Of a stretch of DNA of 64,000 nucleotides, positions 47,973-57,587 are shown piece after piece. The notes beneath the pieces are model-generated. The model ran no database searches, was not told where the DNA came from, and saw nothing but the letters and a program-made list of their open reading frames with translations. Each line of letters begins with the position of its first letter. Position 1 is the first letter of the stretch. This DNA comes from an uncultured marine group III euryarchaeote. Lineage in GTDB: Archaea; Thermoplasmatota; Poseidoniia; MGIII; CG-Epi1. The stretch covers positions 19,048 through 83,047 of the forward strand of contig CACALG010000001.1 of assembly GCA_902533295.1 (NCBI GenBank). Reading direction: 5' to 3'. Position numbers and translations under genes: made by a program.

Positions 47973-48706
47973 CCTACAAAACCACCGATAAGGGCATATT
48001 AATTACAGACGAAAGATTAGCTGCACAAATATACAATAAAGGAAAAACAGGAACTACCCAGGAAAAAGGTAACCTGTTATTAAGGCCTGAAGAAGCATTA
48101 TATTGCGATTATCGAGGTGATTTTGAGCTTTCAGATAACGAGAGAAAGAAATTCATGTCAAATAATTATACAGTTTACAGAGATCTAAAAGAACGTGGTT
48201 TAATAGTAAAAATTGATGATTTTGGCCTAAGAGTTTATGACCGAAAAACTGAAACTAAAGGACAAGCATCTGCAATTGTTTTGCCTAAAAATTTCGACGA
48301 AAAAATAGATTTTAGCAATATTTTTAATGAACTGGAAAAGGGACTTGAGAGAAGAGTCCAAATTGGAATAATAGATTCTGACAATGATGTAGTATATTAT
48401 GTGATTAAAGGCATCAAATGGGATGAAACTAAACTAAAAGAAGGTCAAAAAAGTACAATTACAGACAAGGAAGTTCAAGAACTACTCGAGAAAGGATACC
48501 AAATAAATTCTGGATTAAAATTTGGAACACATTACAGAGTCTACAACTATGAGTCAAATCATGCCCCTTGGCTAATACACGTCATAAAAGAAGGAATTAA
48601 TTGGTTAGATATTGCAAGAATGGTACGTGTAGGTCATGGTGTCAATAAGACAATAGTTTTAGCATACAAACAGAAATGGCTTAGTATTGAATGGATTAAA
48701 CCTTGA
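47969..48706 (+). CDS. endA: tRNA-splicing endonuclease EndA (two-unit, alpha2-like); start codon unresolved
   Basis: Catalytic unit SGLKFGTHYRVY...HAPWLIHV...RVGHGVNKT, preceded by a degenerate first unit (FGLRVYDRK...IIDSDNDVVYYVIKG). The conserved N-terminal domain (GILITDERLAAQIYNKG...LLLRPEEALYCDYRG) is encoded upstream of the first ATG (48155), in a frame open from 47960. Confidence 0.8.
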   Translation: MTYKTTDKGILITDERLAAQIYNKGKTGTTQEKGNLLLRPEEALYCDYRGDFELSDNERKKFMSNNYTVYRDLKERGLIVKIDDFGLRVYDRKTETKGQASAIVLPKNFDEKIDFSNIFNELEKGLERRVQIGIIDSDNDVVYYVIKGIKWDETKLKEGQKSTITDKEVQELLEKGYQINSGLKFGTHYRVYNYESNHAPWLIHVIKEGINWLDIARMVRVGHGVNKTIVLAYKQKWLSIEWIKP

Positions 48707-49416
48707 TAGTTGGACTCTACACCAAAGATTTTGCTTTACTTAACAATATCACAAATAAGATAAAAGATCAAAAAATTAAACTTCGCCACCTAGATAATCT
48801 TTCAAATTTAGGAAAGGATTTGCAAATAATTATTTCTAAAAGAAGAATTAAGAATTGTAAAATACCTCAAATACAACCTGAAAATTTGGACGTTCTAGAA
48901 TTGAAATTAAGATGTAAACTATATACCTGTTCTGGTTTAGTAATAGGAATAGATCCTGGTGGCATGATTGGCCTATCTGCAATAGGTACTGGTAGAATAT
49001 TGTTCATGAATACTTATGATAATCCTAATGATTTAGCCATAATTGTTAAATCTATATATTTAGAAATAGGGCTAAAAGCGATTAAGATTGGATTAGGGTC
49101 TCCACCTGAGAGAACAAGAATATTAGACGTACTCAAAGAATATTCAAGTATCATTCAATTAGTCAATGAGCAAAATAGTGGAAGTGGGAGTCATACTGAA
49201 GCTGCAACAATAATTGCTTTGCGCCAAGGTAAATATAATTTAGATGAAAAATACAGACCTAAGGATGGAGAAATATCATGGATTCAGAAGGAATCAAGAA
49301 GATTATCAAAAGGATTAGTTACAATAGACAAAGAACTTGCTCATGAAATACTAATTGGGGAAAAGACTATGGATGAAGCCATAAAAATTTACACAAAAAA
49401 AATGAAACTTCGGTAA
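48703..49416 (+). CDS. Hypothetical protein, possibly an RNase H-fold (RuvC/YqgF-like) nuclease
   Basis: GLVIGIDPGGMIGLSAIG resembles the first strand and acidic residue of RNase H-like nucleases. The TTG start overlaps the endA stop (TTGA). The call is weak. Confidence 0.35.
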   Translation: MIVGLYTKDFALLNNITNKIKDQKIKLRHLDNLSNLGKDLQIIISKRRIKNCKIPQIQPENLDVLELKLRCKLYTCSGLVIGIDPGGMIGLSAIGTGRILFMNTYDNPNDLAIIVKSIYLEIGLKAIKIGLGSPPERTRILDVLKEYSSIIQLVNEQNSGSGSHTEAATIIALRQGKYNLDEKYRPKDGEISWIQKESRRLSKGLVTIDKELAHEILIGEKTMDEAIKIYTKKMKLR

Positions 49417-49472
49417 ATTAGGCACTTGATTGAGAATACTTATATAGACAAATAATAACAAGGAGATACGAT

Positions 49473-50205
49473 ATGGCATTACTAGAAGTTAAAGAGCTAA
49501 AAAGAGGCTTTGGATCCAAGACCTTTGGCACTCGAATTGAGGTTCTTAAGGGCGTTAATTTAGAAATAAAAAAGGGTGAACTAGTTGCGTTAATGGGACC
49601 GTCTGGATGTGGAAAATCTACCTTATTGAATATAATTGGAGGATTGCTAAAAGGAGATTCCGGAAAAATAAGTATTACTTCTCAAGAAAATAATTATAAT
49701 TATGGAACTAAGAATCCTAATCGTGTTGTAGATGTAAGAAGAAATGGTGTAGGATGGATATTTCAAGATTTTCACTTAATCGAACATTTAACTGCTATAG
49801 ACAACGTTGCATTATCACTTGAAATTTCAGGATTAACGGAGAGAGAAGCTGAGGAAAAAGCTAGATTAGCACTTACTAAAGTTGGTCTCAGGGATAGGAT
49901 AGACTTTGGTGTAGAGCAACTTTCAGGAGGTCAACGTCAACGAGTTGCTGTTGCAAGAGCTATTGCTGGTTCTAGACCGCTACTATTAGCAGACGAGCCA
50001 ACGGGAAATCTAGATATTGAGAGCGGAAATGATGTCATAAAATTGTTTAAGATGCTTACAAAATCTGAAAAAACCAATCTCAGTACTAATGGTTACACAT
50101 GATCCTAATCTAGCCAGTCAAGCCGATCGTATGTTATTGTTAAAAGACGGACTTGTGGCTGCGAGTGATATAAAATCTGCATGGGGAATAGGAGGAAAGA
50201 AATGA
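49473..50205 (+). pseudogene. MacB/LolD-type ABC transporter ATPase interrupted by a +1 frameshift in an A6 run
   Basis: Walker A GPSGCGKST, signature LSGGQRQRVAVARA and Walker B LLLADEPTGNLD lie in frame 0, which stops at 50100-50102. The H-loop and C-terminus (VLMVTHDPNLASQADRMLLLKDGLV) continue in the +1 frame to TGA at 50203-50205. The shift lies at the A6 run 50068-50073. Confidence 0.7.
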
Positions 50206-51734
50206 AGAAAAGAATAATAAAATGGAAAAATAAATTCCGAGATCTTCCTGATAATTTAAGAATAGCTGGCCTTAGTTCATGGCGTGACAAGGAAAGAGGA
50301 TTAGCTGTATTCGCAGGAGTTTTCCTCGCAAGTTTAGTAATTACTTTAGTATTAGTATACGGAGTTGGGCTTTCACAAGCTTTCTTAGAAGAATCATTAG
50401 AACAAACAGTTTTTGATTCAAAAATAGAATTTAAAAATGCTCCAGCTCAGGGTTCTACTGGATGGACAAACAACACTACTATTTTACAAAATATGTGTGA
50501 TGAAGTTACACTAAAGGAAGAATTTAGTGATTGCACAGTAATATTGGGTAAAAGTGGGATACATAGTGAGTTGAGCTTTTCTAATGATGCTGCATTTTAC
50601 GCATCTCCACTCTTTTTGAAGGAAATCGAATCTTCTGATAATGACAGAGACTGGGATCAAGAGGATTTATGGGATTATGAATACACGACAGGACCTCCTG
50701 TTGTAAACATAAGAGCTATTTCATTTTTGGGCCCTGAAGCTTTTGATGGTGAAATCTCAGAACGCTTATCTAAAAAAACATAATTTATGAAATGGGCGAA
50801 TGGAAAACTCATGAAGAGGTCCATGCTGAAAGAGGCATATACATTCCATTAGATATTGCATCTACTACTGGTGCGGAAGTAGGAGATAAAATAGAACATC
50901 TAACATTTACTTACACTTCTGAAAGAAGCCTTCCAGGAGGGATGTCTGAAGAAGATTGTGCTGGTGAGATAATTGAAGGTGAAGAATTCAGGCTTATGTA
51001 TTGCCAAATTCCCCTAACTCTTGATAATGTCACAATTCTAGGAATATATGAACCATGGCCACAAGGTAATCCAGTTCTTGCTGCTAATCCTATATACACA
51101 ACATGGACTATACTTGATGAAAAGCAGCAAACTACTCTGATTGATAATGACCATGTATACCTTGGTGTAACTGTAGATCGCACTCTATTACCAACATCAT
51201 CTATCTCAGCTGCAGAAGATTGGTTAGAAATTGTTGCAAATGATATGCAAAAAACAAACTTACGATGATGGAAATGTAAAGATATTCTATGTAGATATAA
51301 TAAGTAGCAGTATTTTGTGGCTTGAATTTTTCCTTGGATTCGTTCAAGTATTCGATTATATTTTAATGATACCTGTGGTTATTCTTTCCCTATACTTACT
51401 AATTTATGGACTAGAACTTTCATTAGAACAAAGAAGAAGAGAAATAAGTATTCATAGAGCCATTGGTGCAACAGCAGAAAAACTTAAGGGAATGGTTCTC
51501 TTTGAACTGTTTATAATCTCTACAGTTGCTTGGTTAGGTGGATATTTGCTTGCCCTTATTGCAGTTCCTTTTGTCCTATCTATTGTTGGTTTTATGGAAT
51601 TTGAGGCATTGGAAATCGATGTTAATCCAAGTCTGAGCTTTGGCGCTACATTCTTCACCATTCTTACCACCCTGGGATTAGCTTTAATTTTCGGTAATTC
51701 TCGCACGAAAAGCTTCCTAGAGATGGAAAATTGA
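50202..51734 (+). pseudogene. N-terminal half of an FtsX/MacB-type permease (TM1, extracytoplasmic domain, first FtsX bundle) split into three ORFs by frameshifts at poly-A runs
   Basis: ATG 50202 follows ggaggaaag and overlaps the ATPase stop (ATGA). The ORFs 50202-50783, 50792-51268 and 51231-51734 are consecutive pieces of one extracytoplasmic domain plus the RRREISIHRAIGAT FtsX motif. The junctions fall at A7 (50772-50778) and A6 (51249-51254). The middle ORF has no TM helix or signal peptide. Confidence 0.65.
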
Positions 51735-51780
51735 TGAGGGGGTCAGAAAGACAAAGGAGACAGGTAAACCAAGAGTTTGG

Positions 51781-53778
51781 TTGCATTGGACTATGTTTGG
51801 CATAGGAGCCATAGGTGCAATAGATACTTGGCAAGAATTGAATACAACCGGTGAAGGAATAATAACCAACTGGTTTGTAGGTGGCTTAATTAATATTTTT
51901 GGACCTTTCTTATTATGGATAGGTGGGGCTTTGTTGCTTTCAAGATTAGGTGCAGCCGGACCTTCTATAATGCTTAAATTCTTCAGAAAAACCCCATTGC
52001 TTTCTGATGTAAAGAGAGGTCTTGAATCGACTGGAACAAGTGAATCTACAGGTAGACTATCAACAATTATGCTATTGACATTATCAATAGTAACTCTCGC
52101 AGCCGTACAAGGATATACAGGTTCTCTTGTCGATGAAAGAACAGCGGATTTAGATATTGGTAGCGACATCAAAGTTTATGCTGTTGAACCAATGACTTCA
52201 ATTGAAGTAGAACAAGCAATCACTAATATCAGCTCTAAAGACCTTACTGTAAATGCAGTAAATGTACCGATTATTCCCTTGATATCTGAGGATGGGACGG
52301 ACGTTAATGCATATGTACTAATGAATGAAAGTACCGAGATACTCAAATGGTTTCCTCAAGCCGTTCCTGGAAAAGATATTTCTGAAGCAATGATTGCATA
52401 CAAAGATGGAGGATTCACAGCAGGCGAAGATATAGCATTTACATTGGATTTATGGGGTTCTGGCCGTTACGGTGATTCAGAAGACATATTACTAGATAAA
52501 AGCAATAAGAACTCAGAAAATTTGAATTTAACATGGGAAGAAACTATTGTTACCTTTACAGGTGAGGAAAATGAAGAACTAGATCCAATGATGGCGATAG
52601 TGTTGTATACTGGGTTCATGGAAAAGAATTGGTCAAATATTGACCTATCTAACCAGGATATAAGCAGCCGGAATTTTACACAAACTGACTTTTCGAATAC
52701 AAATTTATCTGGTGCCAATTTAGCTAATTCAGATTTATCAGAATCGATATTCTTCAACGTTGATCTAAGGGGTGCTAATCTAACTGGTGCAAATCTAAAC
52801 AATACTGTATTTGTGATACAACCACAAAACATTGTCGGTGCAAACTTTACAGGTGCAAATCTGAGAGGGGCCTTTGAATATACTGGATTTGTTAATTTGT
52901 CAAACGAGGAAATAAGTGGTGCTATTTGCCCTGATGGAACTATACAAACTAATGATAATAATTGTTCCACTGGATTTAGTACAATACCTCCCCCCTTACT
53001 GGCACCTTTCTTTATTCCTGCAACAGTTGAATTTGAAGTGATTCCACATGAAACAACTATACGATACATTGGAGTTCATGAATTCATTCCTGGTGTTGCT
53101 ACAAATGACATGAATAATTATTTAGTAATAAATGAGCTAGCATATAGAGAATTACGAGGAAATCAATTCGTTGATAGTGAAACTTCAACTACTTGGATTG
53201 TAGATATAGATGGGCTCAATAATGATGAATTACAAGTATTGGCCCTGCTAATAGCTGCAGATTCTCGTTTTGAAAGTGCCGATGATTGGGAAACATCACA
53301 TGAAAATGTTGAGAGAAATGGAGGAATTATATTCGGAACACAGGGTCTTTTCACACTACAATATCTTGTTGCAAGTGTTGCTGCAATAGCCTCATCATTT
53401 GTTTTCTTATCATTAGTTTTAAATCAAAAGAAGAAAGAATTGGCTATTTTACAAGCAATAGGAGCTAGTCCAAATCAGATTATCAGACTCGTTTTATTCG
53501 AGATTCTATCTATAGTATTTGTTTCTATGATTTTAGGAGTTATACTCGGTATTGGTTTGGCTTTATCCTTTAACGGACTGTTTGATATCTTTGGATTCTT
53601 ATTCCAGTTGTTTTCTGGAACTGGAGAATCATCAGTAATTACAAGAGTACTACAGTGGCCTTGGTGGGTTATAATCAAGGTCACATTAGGTGTACTATCT
53701 GTGGTTGTCTTGGCTTTAATTATGACCACCAGAAGGGCATTACGTGCCGATTTAGCCGTTGTTTTAAAGGGAGAATAA
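51781..53778 (+). CDS. C-terminal half of the double-FtsX permease: three TM helices, a second extracytoplasmic domain containing pentapeptide repeats, and a second FtsX bundle
   Basis: KKELAILQAIGASPNQIIRLVLFE FtsX motif with C-terminal TM helices, and pentapeptide repeats at 52627-52875. This frame is open from 51721 and overlaps the end of the preceding ORF, so it may be one gene with 50202-51734 (possible +1 shift at 51727-51730). Confidence 0.7.
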   Translation: MHWTMFGIGAIGAIDTWQELNTTGEGIITNWFVGGLINIFGPFLLWIGGALLLSRLGAAGPSIMLKFFRKTPLLSDVKRGLESTGTSESTGRLSTIMLLTLSIVTLAAVQGYTGSLVDERTADLDIGSDIKVYAVEPMTSIEVEQAITNISSKDLTVNAVNVPIIPLISEDGTDVNAYVLMNESTEILKWFPQAVPGKDISEAMIAYKDGGFTAGEDIAFTLDLWGSGRYGDSEDILLDKSNKNSENLNLTWEETIVTFTGEENEELDPMMAIVLYTGFMEKNWSNIDLSNQDISSRNFTQTDFSNTNLSGANLANSDLSESIFFNVDLRGANLTGANLNNTVFVIQPQNIVGANFTGANLRGAFEYTGFVNLSNEEISGAICPDGTIQTNDNNCSTGFSTIPPPLLAPFFIPATVEFEVIPHETTIRYIGVHEFIPGVATNDMNNYLVINELAYRELRGNQFVDSETSTTWIVDIDGLNNDELQVLALLIAADSRFESADDWETSHENVERNGGIIFGTQGLFTLQYLVASVAAIASSFVFLSLVLNQKKKELAILQAIGASPNQIIRLVLFEILSIVFVSMILGVILGIGLALSFNGLFDIFGFLFQLFSGTGESSVITRVLQWPWWVIIKVTLGVLSVVVLALIMTTRRALRADLAVVLKGE

Positions 53779-53780
53779 AT

Positions 53781-54872
53781 ATGAGTGAAGAACTATTTGA
53801 ACATACAACGGGACAAGGAAAAGAAAATGAAGAATCAAAGCAGCAAATGGAAGCTGCTCAATTCTCAGAGAATTTATATGACAACAAAATAGACAAAAAT
53901 GCTATCTTACAAGCTATAGCATTATATCATGTTTATCAATCTACTGCTGAAGATGGAAATGTTGTTGCTTTGAGAGGATTAAATGTAACTGTTAAGAAAG
54001 GAGAAGCTGTAGCCATTGTTGGTCCTTCTGGTTCTGGTAAATCAACCTTATTGAAATGTCTTGGAGTTTTAATGAAGCCCTCAGCAGGAGGGGTTATCCT
54101 AAACGGAACGCCAACTACACGTAAGACTGGACTTGAACTAGTAAAAATGAGACAAGAAACAGTTTCATTTATTTTCCAAGAAGGGAATCTATTGCCTGAT
54201 CTAAATGCCCTCGATAACGTAGCTCAACCACTACGCCACAGAGATGTAAGCCCATATGAAGCAAAAGAAAAAGCACGTGAATTATTAATTGAATTAGGCT
54301 TAGAAGAAAGAATATATGGATTTCCTGAAACACTTTCAGGTGGTGAACAGCAAAGGGTCGCAATTGCACGGGCGTTAGTAACAAATCCAAAACTGATTCT
54401 AGCCGATGAACCTACGGGGGCACTAGATCCTATAACCAGTAGAGAAGTACTAGAATTATTTGGAAAATTACACAAGGAAAGAGGTGTAGCATTCTTAATT
54501 GTAACACATAGTGCAGAAGTAGCAGCTTTTTGTGATCGTAGCTTAGAATTACGTGATGGCAGATTTGTCGCCGAACATGGAACAAACTTAGAAATAGAAG
54601 ATTTAGAAGAATCTCGTGAACTAATAATTGATGATTTAGGAACATTATCATTTCCTCCTGAAGTATTGATGAGAATGGGTGGTTCTGGACGATTTGAAGT
54701 TGAGGAAGCTGCTGATGGAAAAATTACCTTGGTTGCTGCTGAGAGAAAAGAATCTATGATTAAAGGAAAGCAAAAACTGGCTGAGAAATGTCCTGCTTGT
54801 GAGTACAAATACAAGGACAATAGCCAAATGTGTCCTGAATGTGGTTCAAGCCGACCAATGATTAAATCATAA
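53781..54872 (+). CDS. ABC transporter ATPase with a C-terminal extension ending in a zinc ribbon
   Basis: GPSGSGKST, LSGGEQQRVAIARAL, LILADEPTGALD and VTHS, followed by a ~95-aa tail with CPAC-x12-CPEC (54789-54845). ATG 53781 lies 2 nt after the permease stop; the ORF track starts at 53655. Confidence 0.85.
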   Translation: MSEELFEHTTGQGKENEESKQQMEAAQFSENLYDNKIDKNAILQAIALYHVYQSTAEDGNVVALRGLNVTVKKGEAVAIVGPSGSGKSTLLKCLGVLMKPSAGGVILNGTPTTRKTGLELVKMRQETVSFIFQEGNLLPDLNALDNVAQPLRHRDVSPYEAKEKARELLIELGLEERIYGFPETLSGGEQQRVAIARALVTNPKLILADEPTGALDPITSREVLELFGKLHKERGVAFLIVTHSAEVAAFCDRSLELRDGRFVAEHGTNLEIEDLEESRELIIDDLGTLSFPPEVLMRMGGSGRFEVEEAADGKITLVAAERKESMIKGKQKLAEKCPACEYKYKDNSQMCPECGSSRPMIKS

Positions 54873-55425
54873 GTTTAATTCTAGGACTTTGACTATTTAC
54901 CTCAGGAATTTGATCTTTGCCTATAGGTTTCACAAATTTTTCGTACTCTTTTAAAAAATTAGATATATCTAAACCCATAAATTCATCCTGCCCAACTTGA
55001 GATAGAAGAGACATACCTGATTTTGATAGATTACGGGCACCTATCAAATCCTGAATTTGATAATTGGCCATTCTTATTTTTAGAAGTGCCGCACCACATT
55101 TAATTAGTCCTTGAAGAAAGCGATGCTCACTACTATTTCTTACAGCTGCAATCCATAGACCTTCCCATGCTTCATGGGCTTCCCAGTAATAGTGATAATT
55201 ATACAAATCAATTCCAAATAAATAATCTCCATTATCTTTCCACAAATCTGAATCCCATTTTTCATGGTCTTCATCATCATTTCCATAACTGTGACCCTCA
55301 GGACTATTCGTAGGATGTGGGTGCATACCGGGAACATATCGGTATGGTGGAAAATTCCTAGATGAATATCTTACCTTTCCAATATTCAATTCAGTTTCTG
55401 AATCTGCTAAAGGATAATCTGCCAT
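54862..55425 (-). CDS. DUF309-like protein
   Basis: YYWEAHEAWEGLW resembles the DUF309 signature. Confidence 0.55.
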   Translation of the reverse strand: MADYPLADSETELNIGKVRYSSRNFPPYRYVPGMHPHPTNSPEGHSYGNDDEDHEKWDSDLWKDNGDYLFGIDLYNYHYYWEAHEAWEGLWIAAVRNSSEHRFLQGLIKCGAALLKIRMANYQIQDLIGARNLSKSGMSLLSQVGQDEFMGLDISNFLKEYEKFVKPIGKDQIPEVNSQSPRIKLMI

Positions 55426-56624
55426 TAGCTACTCAAAGTTTCTTCAATAGCATCTGTGAATTTTCTAATATCTGATTCATTATTGTAAAGATACGCACTA
55501 GCTCTTGCAGTACCTTCTATTCCTCGAGAATTAAACCAAGAATGAACACAATGCATACCACTTCTGATTGCAATGTTATATTTTTCATCTAAATGCATTG
55601 CTACTTCTGTTGGATCCCAACCTTCTATATTGAAAGAAAATATACCTCCTCGGTGAGAAACGTCTTCAGGACCTACTATAGATATTCCATCTAAATCCTT
55701 TAATTTATTTGACATTATAGTATTTAATTTGTTCTCATGTTCCCTAATATTGTCTCTTCCTACATTCATAACATAATCTGCTGCCACGCCTGAACCTATA
55801 GCCCCAGCATAATCCTGTAATCCTGCCTCAAAACATGAAGGAGGTGGTAACAACTTATAATCATCATAGGAAGTATTGACGACTGTGGAACCTCCAACAT
55901 ATGTTGGAATCAATTTCTCTAATTCTTCATATTTACCATACAAAGCACCCATACCACTAGGTCCACAAAATTTATGTGCACTGACTGCCGCAAAATCTAC
56001 ATCTAAATCAACTACATTAACTTCTTTGTGTGGTGCTGATTGTGCTGCATCCATCATAACTTTCACTCCCTTATCATGACATATTTCTATAATTTCTTTA
56101 GCAGGATTTGAGTGCCCATCCAAATTAGATGTATGGACAAAACTTACTAATTTTGTATCGGAAGTTATCCTATCTTTTAGTGCTTCTAAATTGAAATAAT
56201 AATTGTCTTTAGCCTCTAAAACTTCATATTTAATACCCTTATATTTTGCCAAATGATGCCATGGTACCACGTTAGCATTATGCTCTTTATCAGATGTTAG
56301 AACTTTATCTCCTTTTTTGAGATTTAAACCATTTGCCACAATATTCATACCTTCTGTAGCATTTTTTGTGAAAACTATTTCGGTTTGTTTTTCAGCCCCC
56401 ATAAAACGGCGAATTTGGTCTCTTGCAATTTCAAAATTTTCAGTAACCTGCCAACTTAACTTATGTACTGAACGACCTCCACATGCAGGATAATTTGTAT
56501 AATAATCCGTTAAAGCATCTATAACTGCCTGAGGTCTGAGAGTCATACAGGCACTATCTAGATAGATCGGATTATCGTCAGAATTTAACAATGGAAAATC
56601 CTTTCTAAATTTTGAAATGTCCAT
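55425..56624 (-). CDS. Cysteine desulfurase (class V aminotransferase, SufS/CsdA-like)
   Basis: PLP-lysine motif SAHKFCGPSGMGALY, active-site Cys in RSGMHCV, full-length pattern. Confidence 0.88.
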   Translation of the reverse strand: MDISKFRKDFPLLNSDDNPIYLDSACMTLRPQAVIDALTDYYTNYPACGGRSVHKLSWQVTENFEIARDQIRRFMGAEKQTEIVFTKNATEGMNIVANGLNLKKGDKVLTSDKEHNANVVPWHHLAKYKGIKYEVLEAKDNYYFNLEALKDRITSDTKLVSFVHTSNLDGHSNPAKEIIEICHDKGVKVMMDAAQSAPHKEVNVVDLDVDFAAVSAHKFCGPSGMGALYGKYEELEKLIPTYVGGSTVVNTSYDDYKLLPPPSCFEAGLQDYAGAIGSGVAADYVMNVGRDNIREHENKLNTIMSNKLKDLDGISIVGPEDVSHRGGIFSFNIEGWDPTEVAMHLDEKYNIAIRSGMHCVHSWFNSRGIEGTARASAYLYNNESDIRKFTDAIEETLSS

Positions 56625-56708
56625 AGTTGTCTAAACACATTATAATAATGGGATTTAAAGCCATATGACCAGAAGAAAATTTCTTAAAGGGGACGCAATG
56701 AAACAAAT

Positions 56709-57587
56709 ATGAGCTGTGTAGATGACTTATCCAAAATTGGCATGAACGATTTGAACTATACTTGTGCAACAGAAATAGCAAGTATGGGGCCTGTTGCAGC
56801 TTTACTTACTATACTCATTGGAATCCCTCTTGTAAGGCTGGTTTTGAGGTACCTAAAGAATATATTTGAGAAGTATGATTACATCGATGAAGGAATAGAA
56901 AATTTCCTTTTTAGAGCTACCAGCGTAGCTCTTTGGGCTGTTATTTTCTTGACAGCCGCAAATGAACTAGGAATAAATGTTACAGGAATTGTAGCAGCTC
57001 TTGGTATTGTTGGTTTAGCAATGGCTTTTGCAGCTCAAGATACTATAGAGAATATTATTGCAGGTATATTCCTAATGGTAGATAGACCATTCCGTGAAGG
57101 TGATCGAATATTATTACCGAAGAAAATTGGTAGTTTGTATTCAAGCTGGGGTGATGTAACTGAAGTTGGCCTTAGAACAACAAGAGTGCGCTCCACTGAT
57201 GGAGTTTTGCTTACAATACCAAACAAAAATTTGACAAAAGACACCATTGCTAATTTCAACCATAAAGATGACCGAAATCTCCGTGTAAGGATTAGATTAG
57301 GACTAGTGCCAACATGGGAAAATGTATCCAAAGGTGAAGAAATTGTAGAAAATATTGCTAAAAGTCATGAGGACATTTGCCAAGATAAACCAAAACCACC
57401 ACAGATAGTTTTGAGAGATTTTGGAGATCAAGAAGTAATCATGGAAATTAGATACTATGTCCCTAATGCACCTCTAATGAGAAGTACAAAATCATATTTT
57501 GTTAAAGAAATTCTAAAACAATTTGAAGAACAAGATGTTAGATTGGCATACCCAACTAGACTAATTATGAAGGAAGATATTGAATAA
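56709..57587 (+). CDS. Small-conductance mechanosensitive channel (MscS family)
   Basis: The pore helix and beta-domain pattern AAQDTIENIIAGIFLMVDRPFREGDRI ... GDVTEVGLRTTRVRSTDGVLLTIPN. Confidence 0.85.
   Translation: MSCVDDLSKIGMNDLNYTCATEIASMGPVAALLTILIGIPLVRLVLRYLKNIFEKYDYIDEGIENFLFRATSVALWAVIFLTAANELGINVTGIVAALGIVGLAMAFAAQDTIENIIAGIFLMVDRPFREGDRILLPKKIGSLYSSWGDVTEVGLRTTRVRSTDGVLLTIPNKNLTKDTIANFNHKDDRNLRVRIRLGLVPTWENVSKGEEIVENIAKSHEDICQDKPKPPQIVLRDFGDQEVIMEIRYYVPNAPLMRSTKSYFVKEILKQFEEQDVRLAYPTRLIMKEDIE

Noticed and set aside
50105-50290. Minus-strand 61-aa ORF across the ATPase/permease junction, plus the many 60-200-aa antisense ORFs inside large genes (e.g. 22784-23287, 52467-53069, 54224-54820)
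   Set aside because: Each is antisense to a gene with strong family motifs. They have no motifs of their own and a low-complexity composition typical of shadow ORFs.
50769-50783. The A7 tract at the first permease frameshift, considered as a programmed -1 ribosomal frameshift site
   Set aside because: In the zero frame the heptamer reads U-AAA-AAA, not a proper X-XXY-YYZ slippery site. I see no downstream stimulatory hairpin. The other shifts in the same operon are +1, so no single programmed mechanism fits.
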